From contig OX597817.1 of assembly GCA_951406725.2 (NCBI GenBank), positions 120,590,001-120,654,000 of the forward strand: 64,000 nt of DNA, read 5' to 3'. Shown piece by piece: positions 14,500-27,000 of this stretch. Source of the stretch: Octopus vulgaris. Lineage: Eukaryota. Under the pieces are notes generated by a model. It was not told the origin of the DNA. It saw only the letters and a program-made list of their open reading frames with translations, and made no database searches. Position 1 is the first letter of the stretch. The number at the start of each line of letters is the position of its first letter. The position numbers and the translations under genes are program-made.

Positions 14500-14581
14500 A
14501 TTCATGCTCATGCACGTGATCTGAAGAGTCTGAAACAGCAGTATTCAGTTATCCATTATTCCTCTAATGGTCTCCGTAGAG
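14500..14581 (+). CDS. Candidate internal coding exon (82 nt, phase 0 to 1) of an unidentified gene: IHAHARDLKSLKQQYSVIHYSSNGLRR
   Basis: CTGAC branch-like motif, CAG acceptor and strong AG|GTAAGA donor. Only one frame is open, CpGs are retained and the sequence is non-repetitive. It joins in frame to downstream candidate exons. Confidence 0.55.
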
Positions 14582-14777
14582 GTAAGACAGAATTTTTTTG
14601 TATTCATCGCCTGCACACATCTCTGCCTGTAAATATCCTGCCCCAGAAACTTATCAGCTGCTATTTTTAGCAATGATTATACTTCGTATTCCCATGCTTT
14701 ATATATTTATAATTCTACCTATATGGTACTTTATTCTTGCTGGATATTGATATTATTTTAATAATATTTATATTCTC

Positions 14778-14823
<46 letters not shown>

Positions 14824-14990
14824 GTGTGTGTGTATGCATGTATACATGTACACACACACACACATATATATGTGTGTGTGTGCACATATATAAATGTATG
14901 TGTGTGAGTATATATATGTGGATATGTATATGTATGTATATGTACATACGTATATGTATGTGTATATGTATGTATGTGTGTAAGCATATA

Positions 14991-15892
14991 TATTGGATCA
15001 TCCCATAAATAATGCAGTTTTTCAATTGCATGAACTAAAAATTGGAGGCAGGATAAACTACCTGTATCAACTTGCTATAAAAGCAGGTAGTAATTTTACC
15101 TTGTACTTATTCTTAGTGCAAGTTTTGAAGAGTGCAGTTAGATTTTAACAGTTATTGTTTTAATGCTATAATGGAAGTGACAAAGGAGCATATTTGGCAT
15201 ATTTTGTTTTATGAATTCAATAAAGGCAACAATTCAATGGAAAGTGTAAGGAATTTTAATGCAGTATATGGGGATCAGACAAAAAGCTTAACCCAGTGTC
15301 AACGGTGATTCCAGAAATTCTGAACCAGAAACTACAGCCTAGAAGATGAGTCTCATCCTGGAATATCTGTAGAGCTCGACGAGGACATCCACCAAACCCT
15401 GGTGGAACAAAATCCCATTGTAACTGTTGAAGAACTAGCAGAGTCGCTTGGTTTCATCAATTCAACCAATCATTCAAGTCAACACTAAAAGAAAAACAAC
15501 CATCTTTGGTTTCAAAAGGAAAGGTGTCTTTCCATCAAGATAATGTTTGGTCACACTCAGCGAGGATGACATTCCAGAGGCTGGAGCAGTTTAAATGGGA
15601 AACAATGTCTCACCCACCATATTCACAGGACATTTCCCCCGCTGATTATAATCTATTCTGCAGTCTTTGGAATAATTTGGACAAAAAAAACGTATGAATT
15701 CTATAGGCGAGGCCTGAACATTACAAGAGGAGTATTTTTCATCACAGACAAGTGTATTTTGGAATGGGGCCTTGCAAGTCTACCAGATAGATGGAAATTG
15801 AAAGAGAGTATATTTTAGATTAAGAAAAAACTTTGTCTTTATTTTGAAAACTAAAAGAAGTATAAAATAAATCGCATTATCTATGTGGTGAC

Positions 15893-15898
<6 letters not shown>
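14991..15898 (+). mobile_element. Internally deleted mariner (DD34D) transposon with transposase pseudogene
   Basis: TIRs TATTGGATCATCCCATAAATAATGC / GCATTATCTATGTGGTGACCCAATA. ATG at 15171 gives the HTH region MEVTKEHIWHILFYEFNKG, with in-frame stops. The C-terminal part HQDNVWSH...HPPYSQDISPADY has 34 residues between the two Asp. The first catalytic Asp region is deleted. Flanked by TA repeats. Confidence 0.95.

Positions 15899-15955
<57 letters not shown>
15899..15955. repeat. (TA)n microsatellite abutting the mariner
   Basis: Seen directly. Confidence 0.95.
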
Positions 15956-15958
<3 letters not shown>

Positions 15959-16296
15959 AATGCAGTTATGTATATGTCTGGCCATAGAGGGACCAATTGT
16001 TTCCATTCATAAAGTGCTTAACACTATGGATGATTCATCAGACTCTAATGGTGAAGATATGACTTTTTGCTATCAGAGTCTGACAAGTCTTCTATAAAGC
16101 TAATGCTTTATGGATGTGAAACCATTTGCCACTCTATGACTATACATATACTTAATTGCACATAAATACATTACTACTCTATGCTTTAGAGTGTGCTTCT
16201 ATTTCAGATATATTATACACATGATATATACACAAATATATATGCGTTTATGCGTATATGTGTTTGTATGTGTGTATATATGTCTGTGTGTGTATA

Positions 16297-16406
<110 letters not shown>

Positions 16407-18734
16407 TGAGTATATATGCATATATATATTATAGGTTCTTATATAGTATACTCTGGTTTCCTCTCAATTTCATGTTCAGTAGTTGTATTGGTTTCATCCA
16501 TGAAATAGGAGATTTAGAAAAATTAGGGATCACGTATGAGTTTTAACAGGAATAAAAGACTTGATGTAAAAAAATTATAATCATATAGTCTCTTAACCTC
16601 TACAACTAAATTTTTTTTAAAAATGAAAAAAAAAAAAAACTCAGAACAAAAATCAATATCAGCTTTGTTCTTTGCTGTTCTTTAAATCTTTTACAGTGTT
16701 TTGACTAAGAAATTTTTACCATTTGGAAATGAAAAAAAAAGTTAGAAGAAAAGAAAAAAAGAGAAAACAACAAATAGACAATAATAGTAATTTTACAATA
16801 TTTTTTTCATATTTTTTTCAGTTTTATTATTTTCTTTTATTGCCTATTACTAGAATTTCTTATCACTGAGACTTAATTAGACAGTCCTGTTATTTGGTTG
16901 AATATTGACAAAAACACAGACATACAGAGTACATAGAACACATATGTACACACAAAACTCATGCACAATTTCACACAAACATACATACACCCATGTGGAG
17001 TTTGAATGAGGAAAATGAAATAGTTTATAGCTCATGATATGACCTTGCCAAACAAGATAACCTCTGTTAGGTTTCAGACAGAATGACCTAACTATCCACA
17101 GGAGATATTTCTGTTGTAATCCCATCATTTTACCATTTAGTCAGTCAGGTTTTCAATAATAATAATGAGAAGAAGAAGGAGAATCTATATAATTTAAAGA
17201 AAGAAATATAAACTATAAATAAATGAAAATAATAAATTTTTTTTTTTAAATTGTTACAAGACAAATTCAATTTCCAATGAGTATTGAACCATAAATCAAT
17301 GTTCTATGGGAAATTGATTTTATTTTATTGTTATGATAATTTTTATGTCCTCAAGCTGGGAGTGACAGTTGTAATAAAACCCAAAAGTACTAGTTCATTA
17401 GATGGACTAATTGCTTTGCATACTTATATCTCCAAAAGAGTTTTTCAATACAGACTGGCATGGTGAGTTAGATGAATAGATATTCTCCACTGCAAACATT
17501 TGTTTTGAGACTCTGTATGTAGCTCATGCATTAAAGTAGATTTTACATTTCTCAAAAGGAAAGAAAGCTAAATTATTAAAAATAAATTAATGGATTATAG
17601 GAAAAAAAAAGAGCATATGAAGTAGATGCATTCTTATGCATAAATGGTAAAACCTTAGTTTGAAAATAAATTATATTAAAAAGTGAATTGTGCCAGGATA
17701 ATATGAAATGGTAGTTTAGATGATCACATGGTGAAGATATGGATTACCACCTTTTTCAGTGCATGAATGCTGGAGAAACAAAATAGAATGAAGAATCAAC
17801 ACTATAACTAATAGCTCTCATGACTAAAAGATGATGTGTTTCATACTATAACACTAAGAGCAAAGTAATTAGTGACCAATAACCTGAGAAAAGATTAAGT
17901 TTTTATTAAGTTATAGCTATATTAAGTATTGAATTAGTAATGTTATAAATACATTCAAAACACAAAGAGAAGGCTTGCATTGAATTGCATTATCCAAAAG
18001 CTTTCTGGACAGAGGAATATAATAATAATTTAAAACGAATTGTGCTGAAGTTATTCCATTGTATTTCCTGTTGTTTAACCTTGGACAAATAATAGAAGCC
18101 ACTGGCATCATAGTACTTAATGTCAGAAACTAAGAAATCTTTTAGTTGACCGGTTTGCTAGATAGTGTGCAGCCTTCTTAAAACATGCAGTCTTAAATGT
18201 ATATTAATCACACACATGCACGTGCATGTTTGTACACAGACTCACAACGTGATGTTACTGCATTATTCTTATTTAATAATTTCTGCCAGAATTTCACTGT
18301 TTCCAACTGATCACTGATGTCAAATGTCAATAAGCTTGGTTGATTCTGAGATAGATGACTTTATATAAACTTCAATCAGCTATAATAGTAGATATCACAA
18401 TTTGATGTGAATGACCAGAAAGCATTCTAATCGAGGCATAAACTATAAAAGTTGCAGCCACAATATTCATGTACAATTATTGCATTTACTTTCAATTTTT
18501 CCTTATAAGGTTAAATGCCAGAAAATTAATGACAATAATGTTTAGTTGTCTTTATTGATGTTATAAATTTGATTGTTTTAGAATATTCAAAGATAGGCAT
18601 AATCTATACATTTAAAATTCCTTACGCTAAGCAAATATTAGTGTAAAAATGGGTGTGCTGGTTTTCGGTGTATTTATGCTTCAGACATGTAGAGTGTATG
18701 TCTGGCTCTTGGTGCTCTATAAGGTCCTCTACAG

Positions 18735-18790
18735 CAAGCTACACAATGTTCAACACAGCCGAAGAACCAAAGACATGGTTCAAAGACTAG
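18735..18790 (+). CDS. Candidate alternative last exon A (phase 1): (A)SYTMFNTAEEPKTWFKD*
   Basis: CCTCTACAG acceptor; open frame when joined to the 14581 donor. A competing AG at 18722-18723 also gives an open frame. Short, so it could be chance. Confidence 0.3.
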
Positions 18791-19002
18791 CAGGGAAAAA
18801 TTCTTTAACAAGGAACAACATCAATCCTGCATAAGTTGAAGACATTGCTACATGTTGTCATTTAGGTGAACTCACTGTTGGGTGGGAAATTGATTATATT
18901 TATAGTATTAGCAGGAGAAGCAAGTAAAGGGGTATTACGCATGCAAAGTTATATTTGTAACTGCTCACCAAACATTTTCTGGATAATGGTATAATGAATT
19001 AC

Positions 19003-19203
19003 GGAGATGTACTTGCATAGCAAGTGACCTGATCTGAGATTGTGTGTTGGAACGAAAATAATTGCAGCATGGAAGGTGTTTATAAGCCATCTAAGAAACA
19101 CTCAAAATCCGTTAGATTCACTTCAACATTTAAATTTAACTTGTCAAAATATTTTCGTCGCTTTGAGACCACGACCTGTTCACTGACAAAATTCCATGCT
19201 GCA
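19003..19203 (-). mobile_element. ~200-bp non-coding repeat carrying a hammerhead motif (Penelope pLTR/retrozyme-like)
   Basis: Homologous copy at 32521-32687. A 12-bp inverted repeat (TGCAGCATGGAA 19063-19074 / TTCCATGCTGCA 19192-19203) brackets the ribozyme motif. Confidence 0.7.
19141..19189 (-). ncRNA. Minimal type I hammerhead ribozyme motif, G3-C8 core variant
   Basis: Minus strand reads TTGTCA-GTGAACA-G-GTCGT-ggtctcaaa-GCGAC-GAAA-ATAT-TT-TGACAA. This gives a 6-bp stem I, core GUGAACA, a 5-bp stem II, GAAA and a palindromic AAUAUU stem III. Confidence 0.7.
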
Positions 19204-19735
19204 TAATGAAGTTATGTGAGAAACATTGTATGATAATTTCTGATAGCAAAATATGAACTGGAAAAGAGTTGTAGATGAGCCCAGTTTTGAGAATGAAGAT
19301 TTGGGCAGAATGTTTAATGAAAGGCCTTGTAAGTAAGACCATATAGACACTAAGTGGAAATAAATAAATTGATACAGTGGGTTCTTCAAATGTGTTTTAA
19401 AGTAAGCAAAGTCATGTGATTAGTGATTGTAGTTATTGTATGAGACAGAGAGAGGATTTAAATTGTTACAAATATTACAGTTTTTGTTTATATACTGTGT
19501 ATACTTTTTCTTTAGAATGAAACAGATGTCTGAAAGGTTTTTCTCCACATTACATATTTCAAAATTCACTCTTGCTGCCCATTTTGCTATTATCTTTTCA
19601 TTAATATTCCATCCAAAGCATCGTATTTTATGCAAACATTAAGATTTATCATGTTATATTTCACATACTAATTTATTCATATAATCAACTGCATACAGAT
19701 TATTATATGGAGTCTCAAAATAAATAGAATTAAAG

Positions 19736-19875
19736 GAATGGGTTAACTGCGTCAGTTGTTGACTGCCATGACACTGCATCCTTTAAGGCCCTCATGCTTT
19801 CCGAAATCCGCCGAAACTACACCTGATTATATATTCACTTTAGATGAATTGTAGTGCACCTGAGCACTGTACACA

Positions 19876-19906
<31 letters not shown>
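19736..19906 (+). mobile_element. CR1/L2-like LINE 3' end with (ATT)n tail
   Basis: Translates LTASVVDCHDTASFKALMLSEIRRNYT*, followed by a 3' UTR with GTGCACCTGAGCAC and (ATT)n. Related copy on the minus strand at 33945-34190. Confidence 0.7.
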
Positions 19907-19908
<2 letters not shown>

Positions 19909-21890
19909 AGGAATTTCTTGACTAACACTTTTACATTTCTACATGTATTACCTATTGTAGATGCTACAACCGTCAAATGTAATGCTTATTTATTCACATT
20001 GTTTTGAATTAATCATGCATTTTCTGAGGTTTGAGATTTCGTTGATGTAATTGTATATTTTTGGAATGATGTTGTAGGGTCGGTATGAACGGCTGGATCA
20101 GGCTGGTTTGAACATTAAACAGGTAGAATCTGTGGGCCAGATATGACCAATTGAAATACTTAGAGTCTAAATAGAGATTTTCTGTTTCATTTCTCTCTTT
20201 GTGTAGATTTTATTTTGATCCTTTCTTATTTAACTTCATTCTGGTTACAACAATCTCTAATCTATCAGCTCCTTTACTTATTTTCAATCATTTTATCAGC
20301 AAAATTCCATCATTTCTCCTGATACTTTTCATTCTCAATTACTCATTTAACATGACTGAGTTGTTGGATGTAATCTGATATATATTAGATATATAAATGA
20401 AAGCAATTCCTTCTAAAGGCAAAGGAAAGTCAACATCATCTTAGAATCTATGTGTAATCTTTCCCTGGTCTATTTTCATGTAAAGAAATACAAGAGAAAA
20501 CTATGACAGTTCACTTAAAAACCTCAGGGCTGCTTTTGAAGTTTATGAAATACTTAAATCAACGTATCTATGAGGTTTCATCTCTAATTGTATATTAGCT
20601 AACAGTGAAGTGGAATGTCCTTTCTCTCATGAAAGGAATTCCTCTAGGAAGAAAAACTAAATCCTCACTACATCCACATACATACCTACATACCTATCTA
20701 CTGATCTACACACACACACACACATGCACATACACATACGCACATACACACAAGCACACACATACATACATACATATATATTCACTATTTGCAACAGTGG
20801 AGTTTTGCTGTGTGAGTTTTCAAAAATGTCTGAATACAGACACATGAAAAGACTGTCTGAATAATTGGGCAAAGTGTAGATCTGTAGTCATATATCAAAA
20901 TGATAAATGAAATTAATTATGCTATTTTAAAGCTATGTATTTCTTTTAATCAATTCTTATACATAAAAGGCAACAAATGCGGCTTTCCTTGAAAGCTAAC
21001 AGTCAGTGCCAACTTTTATGTTGAAAGATCAAACATTTATCTGACTGATTTAACAGGTTTTCTCCGTGACACATAAAACTATGTTAACTCTTGACTCATA
21101 AACACTTCAACAACAGAGAGCTGCACACAAATTTGGTAGATCAGTATTTCATCAAAACAGCATGCTGTTATTGCAGGATTGTAATTTTATCCAAGATACA
21201 AAAGACTTTAGAAGTTAGCTGAGATTAGAAATAGTAGATTGCAGTTAGAGTGAAAATAATATATTTATCAATGAAATACTGATTCTGTCAATGGAATACT
21301 GTAAGTGAAAATGATTTAATAAGACATGTCACAGTGCCATAACTCTCATAAATAGTTTTGAAAAATGTCTTTTGAAACAATGAGGTTATCATTTTATGTC
21401 TGTATTCCTGGCTTTAACAACCTTTATATCTTTTAATTTTATAGAGTTGAGGGGGATGTGAATATAACAACTTTTATTGAATTTTTGTGCTGTTAACTAC
21501 TTACGTATGTATTAAAAGTTGGTTACATTTCAGAATGAGAAAGTAGAATCACACAATTAATTTACACCTTAATGATAGTGCTGTTTAATTAATAAAATTT
21601 ACTTGCAGATCAACCATCTTTAAATTCTGGATTAACTAAGAGTTTTATTAATTTAGATATCAACATCTACTTTAAACCACTAAAAATTCTTTACCTTTTT
21701 CATAGGATTAAGTTCTTTAATTAAACAAATAAAAAAAGGAATAAATCAGTAAATAAATAAATAAATAAAAATTAAAGTAAAAAAATCAGCAAATTATATT
21801 TTAGTGTTACAAGATTTCATTGACTATTTTACTTTGTACTTGTTTACTCTAGATAAGCTTTTAAAAATTTCTTGTCTGTAAAATACCCAG

Positions 21891-22174
21891 TGTGGAGGCA
21901 CATGGCCTAGTGGTTAGAGCAATGGACTTGCTGTCAAGGGATCACAGGTTCGAATCTCAGACCTAAGCTCCACACGACTCCAGCAGAAGGTAATGGTGAA
22001 CTTCTGCTGAATCTTTCACCATAACATTCTCTCACTCTTTCCTCCTGCATCTAGCAGCTCACCTGTGATGGACCAGAGTACTGTCCAGGTGGGAAACCTA
22101 TATGCCAATGAAATTGGGAAACCAGCCCTTATGAGCCAGGCATGGCTTGAGAAGGAACAAACAACAACAACAAC
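21891..22174 (+). mobile_element. tRNA-derived SINE (family B), internal deletion, with target-site duplication
   Basis: Homologous to 5797-6110. TSD AAAATAC(C/A)CAGT at 21880-21891 and 22175-22186. Confidence 0.9.
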
Positions 22175-22949
22175 AAAATACACAGTACTGATATTTCTTT
22201 AATAGTATGACACATTATTTTCCATCCAACACCTGTATTTGGTTACTGAAAATAAGTGTTAACTAACTGAAACTAATGTATCCCTTTTAAATAATGCTTA
22301 TGAATTTTATTCCAAACAATTCTGTTACAGATGAGAGTTACTACTTTTCCTCTCAACAATATTTTATAAAGTAATCCATGCATTTTAAATAAAAATCAAA
22401 TAAGGAAACATACAATTGATCTCTTTCATGATATATTGCTAATTTAGTTTGCTGCTTCAGTGAAAATTTAAGCTGGATTAATGATTATTTAAGCATAAAG
22501 AACAAAGTTCAAAACTGGATAAAAGAAAGGTGCATTGAATTGGACCATGAAATGAACACTGAGTAAAAGAGCCAAATTAGTTCTTCCACATGAAGTAATT
22601 ACACTATGGTGACAATGTACAAGATAATACTTGTAAAAGTTTGAGTAGCTCGAAAACCATTGAAGTAGTATGAATTCTTATTTTCTTAAAACTGAAAACT
22701 AGCTGTTGAAATTTCAGGGTGTTCAACTTAGCCAAGAGATTATATAAAATTGCATAGTATTATTTTTAATTCTGTTAAACTACATTCACTGTTCAGATCC
22801 TGCTACAATTAATTCCACCTTCCATCCCACTGGATTTTGTAAAACAACTACCATTAATATTGTAGAATCTATTTAAAAAAACACAAAAGACTACCACACC
22901 AAAGAGAAAGAAAGCAGTTAGCTTTGTGCCTAATTGTGGTAGATTTAGT

Positions 22950-23032
22950 GGTATATATGTATGTATATATGCATTTGTGTGTATATATATATATATATAC
23001 ATACATTATATCTACCTATTTATCTATCTATC

Positions 23033-23072
<40 letters not shown>

Positions 23073-23073
23073 C

Positions 23074-23108
<35 letters not shown>

Positions 23109-23134
23109 CATACATATATTCATATATATATATA

Positions 23135-23170
<36 letters not shown>
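22950..23170. repeat. Compound (TA)n/(TACA)n microsatellite
   Basis: Seen directly. Confidence 0.9.
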
Positions 23171-23426
23171 ACCATTTGATTGATGTTATTATTGAATGTT
23201 CTACTTCACCGGTCACAATGTGTTTAGCTTTGTCTTAGCTTTTGAAAAATGCCAGCTTGCTGGCAGGCTAACATTTGCTCTAATTGGAAGGTTAGTCCAT
23301 CACAGAGTTATCCATTTACAGCTGATTTAACTGGAGCATTGTGAAATGAAGTGTTTTGCTCAAAAACACAACTTGCTGTTCAATCTAGAAATCGAATCCA
23401 CAATCCAGTGATCATGAGTGCAACAT

Positions 23427-23474
<48 letters not shown>

Positions 23475-23789
23475 CAAATAGGTGTGTGGTTAAGAAGTCC
23501 ACTTTCCAATCACATGGTTCTAGGTTCTATCCTCTTATATGATACCTTAGGTAAGTGTCATCTACAATAGTCCTGGGCTGACCAAAGCTTGTGAATGGAT
23601 TTGCTTAGTAGAAACTGAAAGAAACCTGTTGTATAAGGAGTGTGTTGCATACATTGGAACTTGATGCAATCCTTTAACACAGTGGTTCCTGTCAAACTAC
23701 TCAATCCATGCTAGCATGAACACGGACGTTAAATGATGATGATGATGATTGTGTATTTTGCTGAGTGATTTTGTATTTCTCATGTCTAG

Positions 23790-23962
23790 AGATTAAGTTG
23801 ATTACATTGACCCGAGTGCATAACTGGTACTTATTTGAACGACCCTGAAAGGATGAAAGGCAAAGTCAACCTCAGTGGAATTTGAACTCAGAATGTAATG
23901 GCAGACAAAATACCGCTAAGCATTTCACCTGGCATGCTAATAATTCTGCCGGCTCATCACCT
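23790..23962 (-). mobile_element. tRNA-derived SINE (family D)
   Basis: Plus strand GAAAGGATGAAAGGCAAAGTCAACCTCAGTGGAATTTGAACTCAGAA is the reverse complement of the B box plus central motif. Confidence 0.8.
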
Positions 23963-24470
23963 TTTTTTGTTATTACAAAAGTAATGTTTTAGCTATCGTT
24001 TGTTTGACAGTTTGGCAGATAATTATCTTACGTGGAAAAAGGTGTGAAGGAGGGTGAGCACCAAGAAGGGCACATCCAGCAGTAGAAAACTCTGCCCCAA
24101 CATACTCTTGTCTGACCCATGCAAGCAAGAAAAGTAGCCATTAAAATGATAATAGAAATGATGATGGATAAAAGAAAGCACTAGACTCTAGATGTTGATT
24201 TTAATTTTGTGTTGGTCAACTATCAATTTTTATTAATTATTCAGAATATGTCTACTTATGCAATTTTAATACGATAAAATTTGAGAAAATATAAAACCAC
24301 TTAAATAGTGATGAAATTATGCTATTAGTTATGCTTCTTTACATATTTTAGACCATCAAAATTTTGTGCTTCTGCTATCAATGTATGAAATTGAAGAAAT
24401 CTGTTTTTTCAATTGAGATGCTGGTTTCACATTTGCTCACATATTAAGCTGTATACAGAATAACACTATT

Positions 24471-24825
24471 TACGTAAAAAGCACCATTCGAGTGTGATCG
24501 TTACCAGTGTTGCCTTACTGGCACATGGACAAAACATTCGAGCAAGGTCGTTGCTAGTGCCCTGCACTGACTCCTTTGCATGTGGCACGTAAAAAGCACC
24601 ATTTGAGCATGGCCGTTGCCAGTATTGCCAGACTGGCCCTTGTGCTGGTGGAACGTAAAAGCACCCACTACACTCTCGGAGTGGTTGGCATTAGGAAGGG
24701 CATCCAGCTGTAGAAACTCTGCCAGATCAGATTGGAGCCTGGTGCAGCCATCTGGTTCACCAGTCCTTAGTCAAATCGTCCAACCCATGCTAGTGTGGAA
24801 AGCAGATGCTAAATGATGATGATGA
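24471..24825 (+). mobile_element. Retroposon with tandem CGTAAAAAGCACC units, RTE-like 3' tail and (GAT)n end
   Basis: Three CGTAAAA(A)GCACC units, then GGAAGGGCATCCAGCTGTAGAAAC...AACCCATGCTAG...ATGATGATG. Copies at 33700-33915, 32880-33025, 42575-42730(-) and 51985-52080(-). Confidence 0.8.
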
Positions 24826-26339
24826 TAAGGATTATGATGATGATAAGGATTATGATGATTAACAAGTAAATCCACACTGTGGAGGTGGATAAAGTTTTAG
24901 ATTACCTAGTTCATATGTCATGTGTTCAATCCTTTGATGGTAATTTTTTCTTGTTTTATTTCTGGGCAAAATACAGTGCTCTCCCTTATTTCAGTAGAAT
25001 ATTACCTATTAGCAGCTTATTCAGAAGATGATTTATATTTCCTCTGCTGAACACCATGAAATCACAGCTAAACACTACCTTTTAGATGATATTAAAACAT
25101 GACATTCATTTATATTATGTTACAATACCCTGCTTTTTATTTTTTTCTCTTAAATCGTTTTGTCAGAAAGGGAGGGACAGAGCTCTTGACTTTTTCAGGT
25201 TTTCTGAGACTGGGTGAAGGAAGGCAGTTTTTCTCGGAATGGAAACTGTTTTCCAGACTTGTTGGTTTTTAAATTTTAAACACCCCTAGGGGGAGTTTAT
25301 ACTTACCAATTGCCCAGATAATCTCTGTTGATTCTGATATATTTTCCTTCAGTCAAACTACTAACCACTTTACTTGTTTTTGTTGTTAGCATTGGGATTT
25401 CTGATCTTGGATTTAACTACGTTCAATTCATTACTTTAGTAAATTCCATACCTCAGGAATTACATGTTTGCCCATGTAGTTCCATCAAGTGGTTAAACCA
25501 GCAGTGTACCATTTAAATTCCACACAAACTCTATTATTCTCATCTAGATATTTCAATCTCTTTCATTCTGGATTTAGAAAAGAAACAGAATTGAATTGCT
25601 CTCTCTTAATCAAAAGATAAAAGATTTATTCAGCAGATTATCAGATTAGCCAATACTGTTCAAGAAACTGAATTCCACCATGTAAAGTCCCTTATTCCTG
25701 GATGCACTTCAATAATAATACAAGCTGGTTGGTATCTCTATGTTTTATGTTTAAATAAAACCAAGAAGAAAAGTTTAATGTGTCTGTGCATTGCTCACTT
25801 TTGTTGTTTGTTTGGTTCTTAGTTCAGTCTTGGTTAAGCAATCCTATGATCAAAGTCATTCCAGCCATGACCAACTGGTTGGTATTTTAGGAGTTTACAA
25901 AAGTACATTATTTAATGTGTTTCTTAAACAAAAAAAAGCCAAAAGTGATCTAAGGGGGATTTAGCTGCTATTTCGAGCTGATTGAGCAACTACATAGATG
26001 CTCACTGATTGGATTCCTGTGTTTGTTCTTGTTATAAGTTGGTATTGAGTTTATAGCTTTTTCTTTTTGTATTTTCCCTGCTATTTTTCCATGAATATTT
26101 AATCCAAAATTTGCTGAAGTGAAATTCATTGCTCATTCCAAGCTGTTAATATTTTCTTTTGAATTTGCTTTGTATTCTATCTATATAATATTGTAGTTAA
26201 GTATCAAAAATAATTCTTTGCTATACGCTTCACCAAAATAATCTGGCTATTTTGGTTTAAATTTATTGATTGATAAAAGTATTAGGAATAACTAGAAGAA
26301 TTTAAGCAAGTTCATTTTATTCTTCACTTTCTGCAGCAA

Positions 26340-27000
26340 ATAGATTTCATAAACAGTCAATTCAATCAATTATGATGGAAAGATTGAAGCAAGGTCTGAA
26401 TTTATAACTCTGACCTATGGTGTGATAAAATATTCCAACTACTTTCTCAAGGGAAAATTATTTCAATGTTATTCTAAGACGATTCATTAATAATTTGTTA
26501 GATGTAATCCTATATTATGTATTTGATTCAGAGAATTATAATTTGCCTACAACTCTCGATGCTGATAGATTATATTATATTATAAGCAAGTTAAATACTA
26601 TGTCTTACAGTAACAGCCAGTACTAAAGATGAGACTGGTATCAAATTTACTGACATACTGATGTTAATCGGTGTTGATCTTGGAATTGGTAAGCTGTCTA
26701 TTTGGAAGTCTTATGTGAGGATTAGTCAGCTGATATTTGAAACCTGTCGGAAATTAAAAGCTTTATGAAAGGAAAGCATCCCTTAAGTTATTTAATGTGA
26801 TCAGAAGGCTCACACCAGAAGAAAAGTAGCAATGTAGAGAGCAAAGAACACTGGTTAGTATTAACCAAGTTAATTAACACGAAAATTAGCTCAGAGATTA
26901 CTCTGTGTTTGCAACACCTTCCAATATGGATGGACTTAGCTTTTAAACCATCTGGAATGCTAAAACTTGGTTTGGATTTAAGAACTTTGTGATTTGATAA
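26340..27000 (+). pseudogene. Highly decayed non-LTR retrotransposon reverse-transcriptase relic
   Basis: Degenerate RT motifs in the expected order across frameshifts: SEFITLTYGV...FNVIL, TLDAD(R)L (YADD-like), TGIKFT and FATPSNMDGLSF (PxxxGGLG-like). Confidence 0.45.

Noticed and set aside
24471-24670. Spaced CGTAAAAAGCACC repeats resembling a CRISPR-like array
   Set aside because: The spacers resemble each other and are irregular, they are part of a retroposon, the context is eukaryotic and no cas genes are present.
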